Shown here: positions 1-12,322 of the stretch, piece by piece
Layout of the letters: each line of letters begins with the position of its first letter
How positions within the stretch are numbered: position 1 is the first letter of the stretch
Assembly: GCF_003918875.1 (NCBI RefSeq)
Contig: NW_025766974.1
Span: forward strand, 1,054,001-1,118,000
Direction of reading: 5' to 3'
From: Haliotis rubra
Lineage: Eukaryota
DNA: 64,000 nucleotides
The notes under the pieces: generated by a model
What the model was told of the DNA's origin: nothing
What the model saw: the letters and a program-made list of their open reading frames with translations, nothing else
Database searches by the model: none
Program-made: the position numbers and the translations under genes

Positions 1-205
1 AATAGCAAAAACGTCAATGTACACACAATTTAAAATAATACCATCTCTGTTTGACTACAGTCAAATATAACAATTACTATATGAATGTGATAAATAACTT
101 CGTGCGTGGATACATATACATGACATATATTATTCTTGTCAAACTCTATATTAATAAGTATGGCCGTTCCAAAAGAACGTCGTTCAGTTTACAAACCGCA
201 CTAAA

Positions 206-2521
206 TCAACGGGCTGACTTTTTGATAACTACTTTTGATTGTGACGGGATTGGAACAGTGCCCTCTAATACAATGAACTTACATCTCTCCATACAGATAC
301 ACACAAGCAGTGGTCGTACATCTTTCACGTCACTATCTCCACCACAGCTACCTAACATCGTTCTATTTCGAAAATAGGAACTTCTCACTTTGGTAACTGT
401 GTACTGAAGACTGCTATACCACGTGTAGGTAGGAGGTGGTGGTGGTGGTGGTGTCTCTCCTGTGACGACCGTCGTGTGGGTAGACGTGATCGTTGTAGCA
501 CGCACATGGCTCTAGCTGAATAATGGACTTAACTGATTATTAAAGAGACGGACAATCTTACTTTCACGATGTACTATTTTGAATAAAGAATTAATTAACT
601 ATTCTGTTAGATTTATTATTTATATATGTGAACTCACACATTTTCCTCCACACATTCCAATCTGTCATTGTTAATGTATTTTTATTCCTTCCTAGAAAGT
701 AAGAGAACTCCGCACAGAACCTAAGCAGTCCAACAGGAAGCCACATGTGGTACGTTGGTTTCGTCTTCATATTTCCGCTGGTTTCAATCTCTGGAACATG
801 TTATCTTTGAAGAGCCATGTCACCATCCAGTGCCGGGACCAGAAACAGCCAATCAATTCCGTTCTCTCCCTGTTGCTAGGCAACCATGTTATACCTGTAA
901 CGGGACACCTTTCCTGGTGACAACATCATTTATAGATGTGGGTCATGTGGTATCGGCAACAGCTGCCTTGCACCATTCCGTGCTGCTGGATCACCGAAGG
1001 GCTTAATAACCTGCAACATACAACACATGTTTACTGTGACAGCCCTAGGCCGTAATGCGCATGCCGGGTATGATACAAACGCCATCACATATCTGTTTTC
1101 ATTATCAGCATAAATTTACATCTAACAGTTTAATGAATATTTCTAATCCGTTGTCATGGTAACAAAACGCATATTTGTTGCAGATGAGGTTATTAGGGAC
1201 CGTTCATTATTTATGGCTAGTTGATTTTGAGTGTTGGGGGGGGGCACCCATTTTGTTCTGGGAGGTAGGGGGTCATCAATTTTGTACACATGTAAATATA
1301 AATTTATTGAAAAATTATACTTAAAAATTATGGGAAAGGGAGGGGTCATTGGTTTTGTACATGATATGCGGGGGGGATGAGTTATTCACATTGTACATGC
1401 TTCTGTATAAAAATCATCATCACCGCCTTGCCATAAATTATGAACGGCCCCTTACTGATCTAAGAGGTGGATCTCTACATGTAGCTGGTCAGGCCCGAAT
1501 GATCTGTTTACACTCTTTGATGTCGTGCTGTTGTCACTGACGCGGTAAACAAGTCTGGATTTCGGACAACGAATACCGCGTCAGGACATTGATTGATATA
1601 CAGAGCAAAATCAGACGCCCTGACCCGCGGAATGATGGCAGAATCTTGGTGTTGTTTCCCCAAGTCTGTGTTCTGGTGAATCCTGACCACACATTCACAC
1701 ATGTCAAGGAATATTTCTGTAAATTAGGGATCTCATGAATAAACAGTGTGCTTCCCTGAAGAATGAATGTATTGACAAGATAGGAACTAGGATGGCAGAA
1801 TCGAATAATTTTGAAAAAAGGAAGTGCGAAATATGCGGATAATATTGTCTGATCATTGTCGAGAAGGCGCGGGCTTGAGACAAGTCAACAAGGAGTGTAG
1901 TTGGGTGTTTCCTGACGTTTAAATGTTAAATGGCAACAATTGGTGGAAGGTCCCACTGGATTTTAACAATACTGAATGAAATGCAATGAGCATGACTACA
2001 ATATATTTCATTGTAATATTATTTTATTTATCAAAGGGAATATATATTTAATGTTTATGAATAATTTCGTGAAAAATACGCTTATTATACCACAGAGACA
2101 GACAATAATCACTCATGGTTTGTCAGCTGTCAGCCTGTTTATTAAATTGTACATCCGCTCTTATAATCTTGGGAGTGGAACGACATTTTCCAAATTCCCC
2201 CAAGCTGTTATATATCGTGACTTACATGAAAAGAAGTCGGGCACTATGTAATAAAGCTGCGCGATTTAAATCGACCTTAAATCACGATGTTATTCAATCA
2301 TTCAAACCCGAGGAAAACCCGTAGGTCGTATGTAGGCAGTGGCTTCAATGTAAATAAGTCGTTCTTGTGTACCTGTATGGAGAACATATACCAAGGCTTC
2401 ACCCTTTCTGTCTGTGCAGGGAGGAGCAGTGGGCTAGCGATCCCATTGTCCCTGACCCCTGACAAGCGTGTAGGGTGACGGAATGCATGTACCCATACAC
2501 ATAGCACGTACATCACTGTGA
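206..2521 (-). pseudogene. Disabled multi-exon trypsin-fold peptidase-like gene (exons 2521-2373, 1716-1120 split by a MITE, 1010-721, 515-206)
   Basis: GT-AG junctions with matching phases (1, 0, 2). Conceptual translation shows CVVRI, RASDFAL, VTTARH (His motif), GIDWLFL (Asp motif) and TMLGSCGG followed by LVCI (nucleophile motif) in canonical order. About 8 in-frame stops; local frameshifts possible. Confidence 0.55.
1196..1451. mobile_element. PIF/Harbinger-type MITE (256 bp)
   Basis: TIRs GGGACCGTTCATTATTTATGGC / GCCATAAATTATGAACGGCCCC; TTA target duplication at 1193-1195 and 1452-1454. Confidence 0.8.
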
Positions 2522-4051
2522 CTGAAATACCGTCTCAATTCACAGTTCACAATATATCAATTATATTCAAGGAAGACCCTCCGTACGCCGAACCTATTCT
2601 CACGTAGCGCACCAAAACACATTCTGACCTGTCCATGGTATTGACATTTCGTTATCCATACGAAATTAGATGGCTCGAATTTACAATAACCTATTGTAGG
2701 AATACCTTAAGTATTATGGGGAAGGAACGAAATAATTAGAAATGGGCAAAAATGATTGCTCTGAACAGATAATCAACATGGATGTAAGTTTGTGACCAAC
2801 ACGCCGTGTTGCGTGGCGAAAGGCTGACGATGAACGTCATGACCAGTCGTTTGCCAGGGCCAGGTGTAATCACTGCGGGTCGAGATAAAGTCTGACTTTT
2901 GTTTCAGGGAATGATTTGTGGGGTTAGGTTTGTCGACGAGAGCTACCCCGTACAGGACAGATGATAGATTTATAGTGGGGCTTGTTCAGCCCTCACCCAG
3001 GGAGGCCGACAGGAGGTTGCTGGGAAATGTTGACAAAATAGGACAGGGTCGGTGGATCACGCATTTGCTTGAAGGTGACTACAAATCAGTATTGCCAAGT
3101 AGTAAATCACAGATTTTGTTCTTTGAAGTTTCATGGAAATCTGTCTTCTGCAGAAAGATGTTTGATTTAGTGCTAGAACACACTTTCAAAAATATTAAAA
3201 AAGCATGACACCTTTCTTTCTGAATCTTTGACAAAATAACACTTACAATATTTTATGTATACAGCGTTGACTCGTTAAAAAAATCTGTCAAATATCAGAC
3301 TATCAGTCAAAAGGAGGTACAGTTACACAGAGTCTGGTGACTGGTACACAGAACAGATGTTCTTTTCAGCTACATCCACACTGTTGTGCTTGTATTCATT
3401 GTACCGATAATAGAAGATATTCCTGAAAAACCTTCACTTTATTCAAATAACACTTCAGCTTTGAAACGTTAAATAATTTAATATACAAAAGTTTCTACAT
3501 TACACACATGAAAGGTAATCTATTCATAATAGATTTGTCGGTTCGGTTGAACACCTTCTACCCTGCTTATTCACACAGTATGTAAACTCTCACGAAACGC
3601 GTATCTGTGGTTTATTGGGTCACAAGCCAGATGCTTGGCATACTTCCACTTGGGGGAGGGGGCAAATCTACCCATAATGCCTTCACAGGGCAGCGGGGTG
3701 TGAAATGTTATTGGCTAATGATACAGCTGCGCACTCCTATGTTAACAGAGGATGTAGAACAAGTATCCTGAATACAATGTACAAAGAGGAGGATGGTGAT
3801 GTGAAGAGGTGCTTGGCAAGACAACCGACCATACCGTAATTGGAAATCGGTTAATGGGAGGGCATCATTTTCCCTTGAGAAACCACGGAATATAACAGAC
3901 AGGTTTTATTTAAGTCTCATATATAATCATGTGTATCTTACCTGAGGGTTTATATGTTCAGACAAACATTCAAATTATGGTTTTATGCCTGTGGTTAATC
4001 TTTAAGCCCTGTAATTCCATACACTCCTACCGTGGTTTTCCCATCCCAGTA

Positions 4052-4077
4052 TTACAATTTGTATTCCATGATTTCAC
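4052..4077 (-). CDS. Candidate terminal coding exon (G-EIMEYKL-stop); the alternative candidate is 3422-3370 (G-ISSIIGTMNTSTTVWM-stop)
   Basis: Acceptor cttcag at 4078-80 gives a phase-1 continuation to TAA; the sequence alone cannot distinguish it from the 3422 acceptor (tttttcag). Confidence 0.4.
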
Positions 4078-4470
4078 CTGAAGTTCAGCAAATAACCACC
4101 ATTTACGATTTTCGTATGTAACCCAATGTATGGGAACGCGTTGGTATGACGTCAGTTTTGCGAATGTGTTGCCTGGAAATTTCACACTGGACGGACAAAG
4201 ATACAGTGGATGGGAGCATTTGCTACCCTGATATGTGAACCCAATGAAGAATAATTAGGACAATGATAAATAGAGTGGTTGAAAGGTTGTGGAGAAACCA
4301 TGAATTAGAGTCGTGCTGGTACATATTTTTCAAACGTGTGAATGACTAATGTGAAATGCCCAGATGATTTTCGGTATCCGATCCGATTAAACAACGTTTT
4401 TCAACCAATCAGACTGTAGCAGACACTCCCATTAACTTTAGTGTTTGGTAACGGGCGGGGCACAACTAAC

Positions 4471-4575
4471 CTGCGAAATCTTCTCTTGGCCCGGGGGAGA
4501 CAGGTGGGCTCTCCACCCCCTCGTCATCTATGTAGTTGTCCAGGAACTGGAAAGCCTCAGCGGTTACTTGGTTCC
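4471..4575 (-). CDS. Coding exon 5 (G-NQVTAEAFQFLDNYIDDEGVESPPVSPGPREDFA)
   Basis: Acceptor ctctttcag; donor CAG|GTTAGT; 105 nt, open in phase 1-1, continuing exon 4. Confidence 0.8.
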
Positions 4576-5439
4576 CTGAAAGAGACATCACTTTTAATGT
4601 AAATCATATTCATAAAACAATCCTCAGAAACAACGTCAGGAAGTTGGCCTGTATCATGAATTGTGAAAATGCTGAAATATAATATTGTTATCATTATATA
4701 TAACCATATTACATGTATTTGACTTTTATCTGTCTAGTTTGTTCTGGGCATATCATCTTCCATCGTTGTCCTATGAACGCGTGCCCGTGACATCATATCA
4801 TCGAGTCTGGGCGCGACAACTTTAATCGGTCGTCCTTTAATCCGGTGGCGTGTGCACATCATCCGGGGGATCATCATCATCATCATCCGTGGTACCCAAC
4901 TGCGGTAACATAACAATACATCCACCATGTCAGTGACCCTTCTATCCGTTCTCGTTAGTTGCACATTACGAAAGCCGGGGGATGCTGAAGACTTTGTATT
5001 TAACCCGTGGTATTTAGATTGATCTTTTACGGTGATCATTTTTATTTAGTCAATAAACTGTTGTCACATCTTCACGGGCTATGGCTATAGTGTTCCCTAC
5101 AGATCCACGTTAGCGATCCACTGACTCGCTTGCTGTTACAGCTTTGTCTTGTGCAAGTTTGGACCCTGGTGTGAAGTGTTAATAGGACATCGCCGTACTG
5201 ACGTTAATGTCATTGTCATTGGGGTTCTGGGGTTAATTACTCTCTCTTCCGAGTCCGATGATCGAGTCGAGTATATCCTTGATTCACTAAACCAGCACAG
5301 CGACATGACCTCATATGGATCAAGGAGTATGTCTTTGCTATAACTGCACACCAACGTGCACCATGTGCAGATGCCAAATTGAGGTGAGTTCAAGATTCTT
5401 GCACCCCTACAACGACGCGCATGGACGCGTGTGTGTGTG

Positions 5440-5662
5440 GCGAGATTCGTATTGCTTGTCCACTGAGATACCATTCTCTACTGAAACTCAAACTACGGAC
5501 TCCGAGCCAACATGTCCTATTTCATCCCCTTAATGCTGAGCACCAGGCAGGGTTCCAACAATTAGAATATTTTAAAGTCGTTTGGTATTCCGCGCCCTTA
5601 GGATCGAACCACTGACACTCCGTTCTCCGGGCAGACGATCCATGTATTACAGCACGGAGGCG
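5440..5662 (-). mobile_element. Old tRNA-derived SINE with a Meta/MESC-like central domain
   Basis: Minus strand has B-box-like GGTTCGATCC followed by ACCAAACGACTTTAAAA...CCCTGCCTGGTGCTCAGCATTAAGGGG, which resembles the MetaSINE central domain as I recall it. Confidence 0.5.
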
Positions 5663-6350
5663 TTTCAAATGGGTAGAGGGCGGCAGAAAAAATACAAGTA
5701 CACAAGTCGTGTTGTACAAGTTGTTTGTGGCAGGAAATGTTTACTCTTTACATTTCAGTGCAATTAGGCCAATTCGCCGTGTCTACCCACGCAATCGGTA
5801 TGGCATGAGACCCGCGTTTAGTTAAAGCATATCGATGCTGCAAATACAACTTGTCCGAAATAGCAGTGGATATTGTCATAGACTTGTCATGTAGTTCAGA
5901 AGAGCATATTATATAAACACATCACCAAGTCATTACAGGATCAGATTTCGGTCGAGAAGATAGCTGAACAAATGGAGAGATTCATGTAACTAGTGTCAAA
6001 TGTGGAGGTTCAACCGTATAAAATATCTGTGTGAATGACGTGGGCTACTTTGTGCGGTGAATATGACAATTAAAATTAGAAATAAGGTCCAAGTCGGTCT
6101 CTCGTGTGAACCAATTAAGGTTAAATATTGACCAATCAGAGCCTCTGCGCGGAGATGTTTGCCAGTCTCGCGCAATGTCATGTAAACATGAACTCGCGAC
6201 GGTGTTTGCATTATACACAGATGATGCGAAATAAGCAACAGGTAACGTATAAAGATGACCAAAAAACCCCAATTTTTTTTATATAAAAAGTGAAATACGT
6301 GAAATTCTTGGAAATGTCCAGATGGGATTACTGAAGGTATTTTGATATTT

Positions 6351-7997
6351 GTAAATGTAGCACTACATACACACAAGTAAATGTAGCATTACATACACAC
6401 AAGTACATGTAACATTAAATACACACAAGTAAATGTAGCGCTACATACACAAGTAAGTGTAGTGCTACATACACAGGTAAATGTAGTGCTACATACACAG
6501 GTAAATGTAGTGCTACATACACACAAGTAAATACAGCGCTACATACACACAAGTAAATATAGCGCTACATACACAGGTAAATGTAGCATTACACACACAC
6601 AAGTAAATGTAGCACTATATACACAAGTAAATGTAGCACTACATACACACAAGTAAATGAAGCGCTACATACACACAAGTACATGTAGCATTACATGCAC
6701 ACAAGTAAATGTAGCACTACATACACACGTAAATGTAGCGCTACATATACACAAGTATATATAGTGCTACATACACACAACTAAATGTAGTGCTACATAC
6801 ACACAAGTAAATGTAGTGCTACATACACACAAGTAAACGTAGCGCTGCATACACACAAGTAAATGTAGCGCTACATACACACAAGTAAATGTAGTGCTAC
6901 ACACACAAGTAAATGTAGTGCTACATACACACAAGTAAATGTAGCGCTACATACACACAAGTAAATGTAGTGCTACATACTCACAAGTAAATGTAGCGCT
7001 ACATACACACAAGTAAGCGTAGCGCTACATACACACAAGTAAATGTAGTGCTACATACACACAAGCAAATGTAGCGCTACATACACACAACTAAATGTAG
7101 CGCTACATACACACAAGTAAATGTAGCGCTACATATACACAAGTAAATGTAGTGCTTCATACACACAAGTAAATGTAGCGCTACATACACACAAGTAAAT
7201 GTAGCGCTACACACACACAAGTAAATGTAGTGCTACATACACACAAGTAAATGTAGTGCTACATACACACAAGTAAATGTAGCGCTACATACACACAACT
7301 AAATGTAGCGCTACATACACACAAGTAAATGTAGCGCTACATATACACAAGTAAATGTAGTGCTTCATACACACAAGTAAATGTAGCGCTACATACACAC
7401 AAGTAAATGTAGCGCTACACACACACAGGTAAATGTAGTGCTACACACACAAGTAAATGTAGCGCTACACACACAAGTAAATGTAGCGCTATATACACAC
7501 AAGTAAATGTAGTGCTATATACACACAAGTAAATGTAGTGCTATATACACACAAGTAAATGTAGCGCTACACACACAAGTAAATGTAGCGCTATATACAC
7601 ACAAGTAAATGTAGCGCTACATACACACAAGTAAATGTAGCGCTACACACACAAGTAAATGTAGTGCTACACACACACAAGTAAATGTGGTGCTACATAC
7701 ACACAAGTAAATGTAGCGCTATATACACACAAGTAAATGTAGCGCTACACACACAAGTAAATGTAGCGCTACACACACAAGTAAATGTAGCGCTATATAC
7801 ACACAAGTAAATGTAGCGCTACATACACACAAGTAAATGTAGTGCTATATACACACAAGTAAATGTAGTGCTACATACACACAAGTAAATGTAGTGCTAT
7901 ATACACACAAGTAAATGTAGCGCTACATACACACAAGTAAATGTAGTGCTATATACACACAAGTAAATGTAGCGCTATATACACACAAGTAAATGTA
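6351..7997. repeat. 26-bp minisatellite (GTAAATGTAGYGCTACATACACACAA), about 65 units, with an internal palindrome; in the intron between coding exons 4 and 5
   Basis: Direct tandem array with 24-bp variants; ATGTAGCGCTACAT is a perfect 14-bp palindrome. Confidence 0.97.
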
Positions 7998-9346
7998 AAA
8001 GCAATGCAGAATCAGAAAATCAGAGTTTGTGTTATTAATTTCCCTTCAAATAATGTTTAATTCATCTCGAGACTACTTTACACCATCACGTGTGCTGTCT
8101 TCTGAGGCAATCTCGATTGAATTTAAAATGATAATATTTCAGTCTTCATTGTGTAAAATTAGTTATTGCGTTCATGATAGCAGAGATTACTGTATATCAG
8201 TACTATACTTTGCTGTACATGCGGGATAAACAAACTTAACGCTCAGATAGATTGCGGCGTAGTACTATATTGTTAAACTTATAGTTTCGGTGACTCACAA
8301 ATACAGTGCAATATCACGAACAGTCTGTCATTCAGGAATGACATTTCATTACCTATTGGTGAAGTTTTATCACCTTCCCATGTGTACATTTCGTTATAAC
8401 GCCCTGGGCGCTTCTACGAGTTCGGAAACGCCCGTCTCATCGCTGATTGAATCTCACAGCCACAACTACAATCGACACCTTTCATAAAACCCACAGATGT
8501 ATCCGGGATAAAACAACAACACTTTATTACAGCCATAAATCCCATCGATCATGTGTAACCTTCCCACCTCAGATGATCAACATTTATTGATGTATTTGTT
8601 TGCGAATCCTGGGCGTGGTGGTCGGACAACTGTCGGTTTAGTCAGCCTTGTAATTCCCTACGCTTAAATTACGGCCTGTGTAAGTGTGTACTCAGTCTGT
8701 CCAATCTGTACACGACATACCAATACGAAGGGGAGACAACTGCAACTGTTTTAAGACAATGTGAAATTATACCCTTCACGCTTCCTCCACAGCGAAATGG
8801 CGAGTTTATTTATCTGTTCTAACAGTGTAGGAAGATCATGTTTTTACCATTGATCGGTATATTTAACAATGCCGTAAGTTTGTTGGGATGTGCCCCCATG
8901 TCAAGTCGATGTGAAAAGGGTTTTGGAATCCGATCTAAGCATACGTGATACCATATTTCCAATATTTGCCTCGGACATTGTTTAGTGTTTGTATAATGTA
9001 ATATAATCATCAAATATAGAAAACAATTAATTTCTTTTGGAATCGGCATTCCGCACCGTCGTAGGTACAACAACTGAAAACGTCGGTGTTTATGTCCAGC
9101 TACTAACGTGAAGATATCTTCTAATGCTCACCATCATATCAACCAGTAAATGGAAAGTCAGCATTCCGGTTGTTACGACTTGGTTATAATGATATTGATG
9201 TTTGTAGTGATACATTTAGCACTGATCAAATTATCTCGTTGGGATAAACAGACTGTAATCAATATTATGTGATCGATAATGTTCGGCGAAAAATACATGG
9301 GCGAGGCCTACAGTCGAGATCTGTGGGGCCAGGAGAGTTAGACATT

Positions 9347-9800
9347 GCGAGATACTAAATGTAAGGTTAGGCATGTCGAGATACTAAATGTAACGATAGA
9401 TATGTCGAGATAATAATTGTAACGTTAGACATGGCGAGATACTAAATGTAAGGTTAGGCATGTCGAGATACTAAATGTAACGATAGATATGTCGAGATAA
9501 TAATTGTAACGTAAGACATGGCGAGATACTAAATGTAAGGTTAGGCATGTCGAGATACTAAATGTAACGTTAGACATGGCGAGATACTAAATGTAAGGTT
9601 AGGCATGTCGAGATACTAAATGTAATGTTAGACATGGCGAGATACTAAATGTAACGTTAGGCATGTCGAGATACTAAATGTAACGATAGATATGTCGAGA
9701 TAATAATTGTAACGTAAGACATGGCGAGATACTAAATGTAACGTTAGACATGTCGAGATATTATATGCAACGTTACACAAGTCAGTTCTGAATGTAACGT
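9347..9800. repeat. 29-bp minisatellite (CGAGATACTAAATGTAASGTTAGRCATGT), about 15 units, with an 87-bp trimeric higher-order repeat
   Basis: The same variant recurs at 9348, 9435 and 9522. Confidence 0.93.
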
Positions 9801-10764
9801 TACACATGTCACGACTGCTTGGTGTAGCTTTAGTTACGTCAAGATACTATATGTAAAGTCGACAAACTCGATTTACCACAAAACAGATACAAAGAGAAGC
9901 GTACGATAGTCGGGATACAAAGAGTCAGGTAGACTAAGTCACTGAATATTTATAATTTTGATTGTAACAAATAAACCTATTTAAAGTGAAAAGGAGCCCC
10001 AGGGAGACCAGAGATTCAGAGACCTGAACCTGAGGAAATCTAGACTTGGTTCATTTAGGGCTTTAGCACTGCAGGGAGGGCTAGGCTGTAGGGGAAATAA
10101 TGTTGTTCAGGGACTGTGAGACAGACTAAGAGTCAGGGGGCATAGATCTGAGTTAGCTGAGTTTGGATACATCACACAGCTAACAGTAAAACAAAATATC
10201 TGTTTGTAGGGTTCTTGCTGAGCCGACACAGCCTCAAGAATTGAACTGACACTGTAGCGTTTTGTCCACAGGAGCTTACAGCCCCAGACTAGGGATGTGT
10301 TCCACGTTACAGCCCCAGACTAGGGAATGCAGTCATGGGTCCAATAGGTCCGTGATTCGGAACCAGCTGAGAGGCGCCGCGGTCTACTTATTCATCTACT
10401 TGAGCCACATCCACGTTCAAGGTAAACAGTTAAACCTATTATAACTACCGTGTGTCAGGTGGTATAGTACAGAGAGGGCAACTCGGAAGAACTTGTCCAC
10501 AATCCCGAAACTCCCCAAGTATAAATCAAATATATACATTTACGTGGTGGGCCTATTAGTCATGTGAGGGTATTTTGAGAGGGTATTTTCATCTCCGTGG
10601 AAATGTCTTTGCACGACTTCATTATGAATGTCACTTAAACTTTTGAAAAGAGTTGAAGGTGAAATGACACAAAGCGATCGCCAGGTCAAATATTTGAAGG
10701 TTTTAATACCGTAAGACCTGTATGATTACTCCCTTTAAAATCACCGTTGTAGCCTTTAGTTTTA

Positions 10765-11030
10765 TTACTGAGATCTCACAAACAATACGAGACAAAATAC
10801 AATGTTCACGTGTTGGTCCGAGATCACCTAACTAGCATGAGATCCAAACGACTGTATACTTAAGTCCGAGATTTCCCCACCAACATGAGAAACAAACTAG
10901 AGTTCACCTGCTGGTCCGAGAGGTCCAAAACAGCACGAGAAACAAACTAGAGTATACCTGCTGGTCCGAGATCTCCAAAACAGCATGAGAAAGAAACTAC
11001 TACATACCTGTAGGCCCGAGATCTTCCGAC
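10765..11030. repeat. ~50-bp degenerate tandem repeat whose last unit overlaps the exon 4 3' end and splice donor
   Basis: CCGAG ends at 10822, 10870, 10920, 10970 and 11020. Confidence 0.85.
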
Positions 11031-11850
11031 TGTGTGGCGCTGAGAGGGGGATGAAGACTACCATCAGTTGAGTCCAGCCTCTCGCCAGTCGCAGGATGTT
11101 TCACCTCCCGCATCCCGGTCGTGATGTGGATCGAGGTGTCTGACACGTTCACTGGAACAGATGACGTCACATCGTCCACATGTGAGCTCGCACGATCCAC
11201 GTGACCTGATCTGACTTCACTGGCACGAGAAGGTACAATTTCTGTTCTGATAGAACTCGCTTTCCGAGAGTCTGCAGACCCCTCTGTTTTTTCTATAATC
11301 ATTTCTTCCATCCGGGCTACTATTGGGTTTTCATAGGCCTCGTCCTTTTGTATTCCAAGTTTATTGGGAACAGCATACACAGACCCTTCGTGCGTATAAT
11401 GCTGTGTTATAACCTCAGTCTTTACTGGTTTGGGTTTTTGCTTTTCATCGTCTGTTTTATTATAAAGGGGTCTTGTGCTCATTCCGTTCTTATCCTGCAG
11501 CTTCATGCTGTCTGTAGCAGCAGGCTGGGAAACTGTTGGTGGCGGCACTCTCACGGGAGCTTTATTGTCGAAAGCTGGATTGTCATAAGCTCCTTCCCTC
11601 AAAGAATCTAAAGATTGTGACTTTTGTTGCGAAACTTTCACGTGACCGGCTGAACTTGGCCTGGAATGGTCTTTTCTTGATTTGTCACTGTTTGACTGAT
11701 GCGAATGACCGGAATGTCGTTTAGAGTTATCCCGCCTGTCCTTGGGTCGACTACTAAGGTCACTGTGCGATCTGTGTACCTTCTTGCTGTCTCTGTGATG
11801 GCGCTCAGCAGAGTTGCGGTTAATGAGGCGTGACCGCGAGTGTGTCAAAT
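11008..11850 (-). CDS. Coding exon 4, long Ser/His/Arg-rich disordered segment (D-LTHSRSRLINR...SEDLGPT)
   Basis: 843 nt open exon inside the 304-aa ORF 11000..11914; acceptor tttcag; donor CAG|GTATGT; phase 1-1. Confidence 0.9.
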
Positions 11851-12145
11851 CTGAAATCAACGAGTTTTTGTTGTTGTACCTTATATAAAATGATACCGTT
11901 GAACACAATATCATTTCCTCTCACAAACATGCTATACTCAGCAAACTATTGCTGAGAACAGTGAAAGGACAAACATGAAAAACATCGTCTGGAAACCTCA
12001 TGGTTTCTTTAACGGGACCTTTGCTTCAATTTCTTTGTGAATAGAACCATTTACTCTGTCATGCTATACAGAATATCGACGAACGGTGTTAACATCTCAC
12101 CAGATGATAGGGCAAACATTTTAGGTTACAGACTTAGTTACTCAC

Positions 12146-12277
12146 CGTTATATTCATATATACTTATAACACCGGGTGCTCTGGATGTGTCAACCACTTC
12201 ATAGACAGGGGCCAGTTGCTGACTGTGGTATATCCTCACATTGCCCTGGTATACTGCATGGCCCGGAGGCGGGTGTG
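12146..12277 (-). CDS. Coding exon 3 (A-HPPPGHAVYQGNVRIYHSQQLAPVYEVVDTSRAPGVISIYEYN)
   Basis: Acceptor ttacag; donor G|GTGAGT; 132 nt, open in phase 1-1; not listed in this frame by the ORF track. Confidence 0.85.
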
Positions 12278-12287
12278 CTGTAAGTGG

Positions 12288-12289
<2 letters not shown>

Positions 12290-12322
<33 letters not shown>
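12290..12322. repeat. (ATC)n microsatellite just upstream of the exon 3 acceptor
   Basis: About 11 ATC units. Confidence 0.95.

Noticed and set aside
6351-7997. CRISPR-like palindromic repeats
   Set aside because: Units are contiguous with no unique spacers; no cas genes; eukaryotic intron
11000-11914. Stand-alone 304-aa gene
   Set aside because: The N-terminal 21 residues are intronic; the ORF is an internal exon bounded by splice sites
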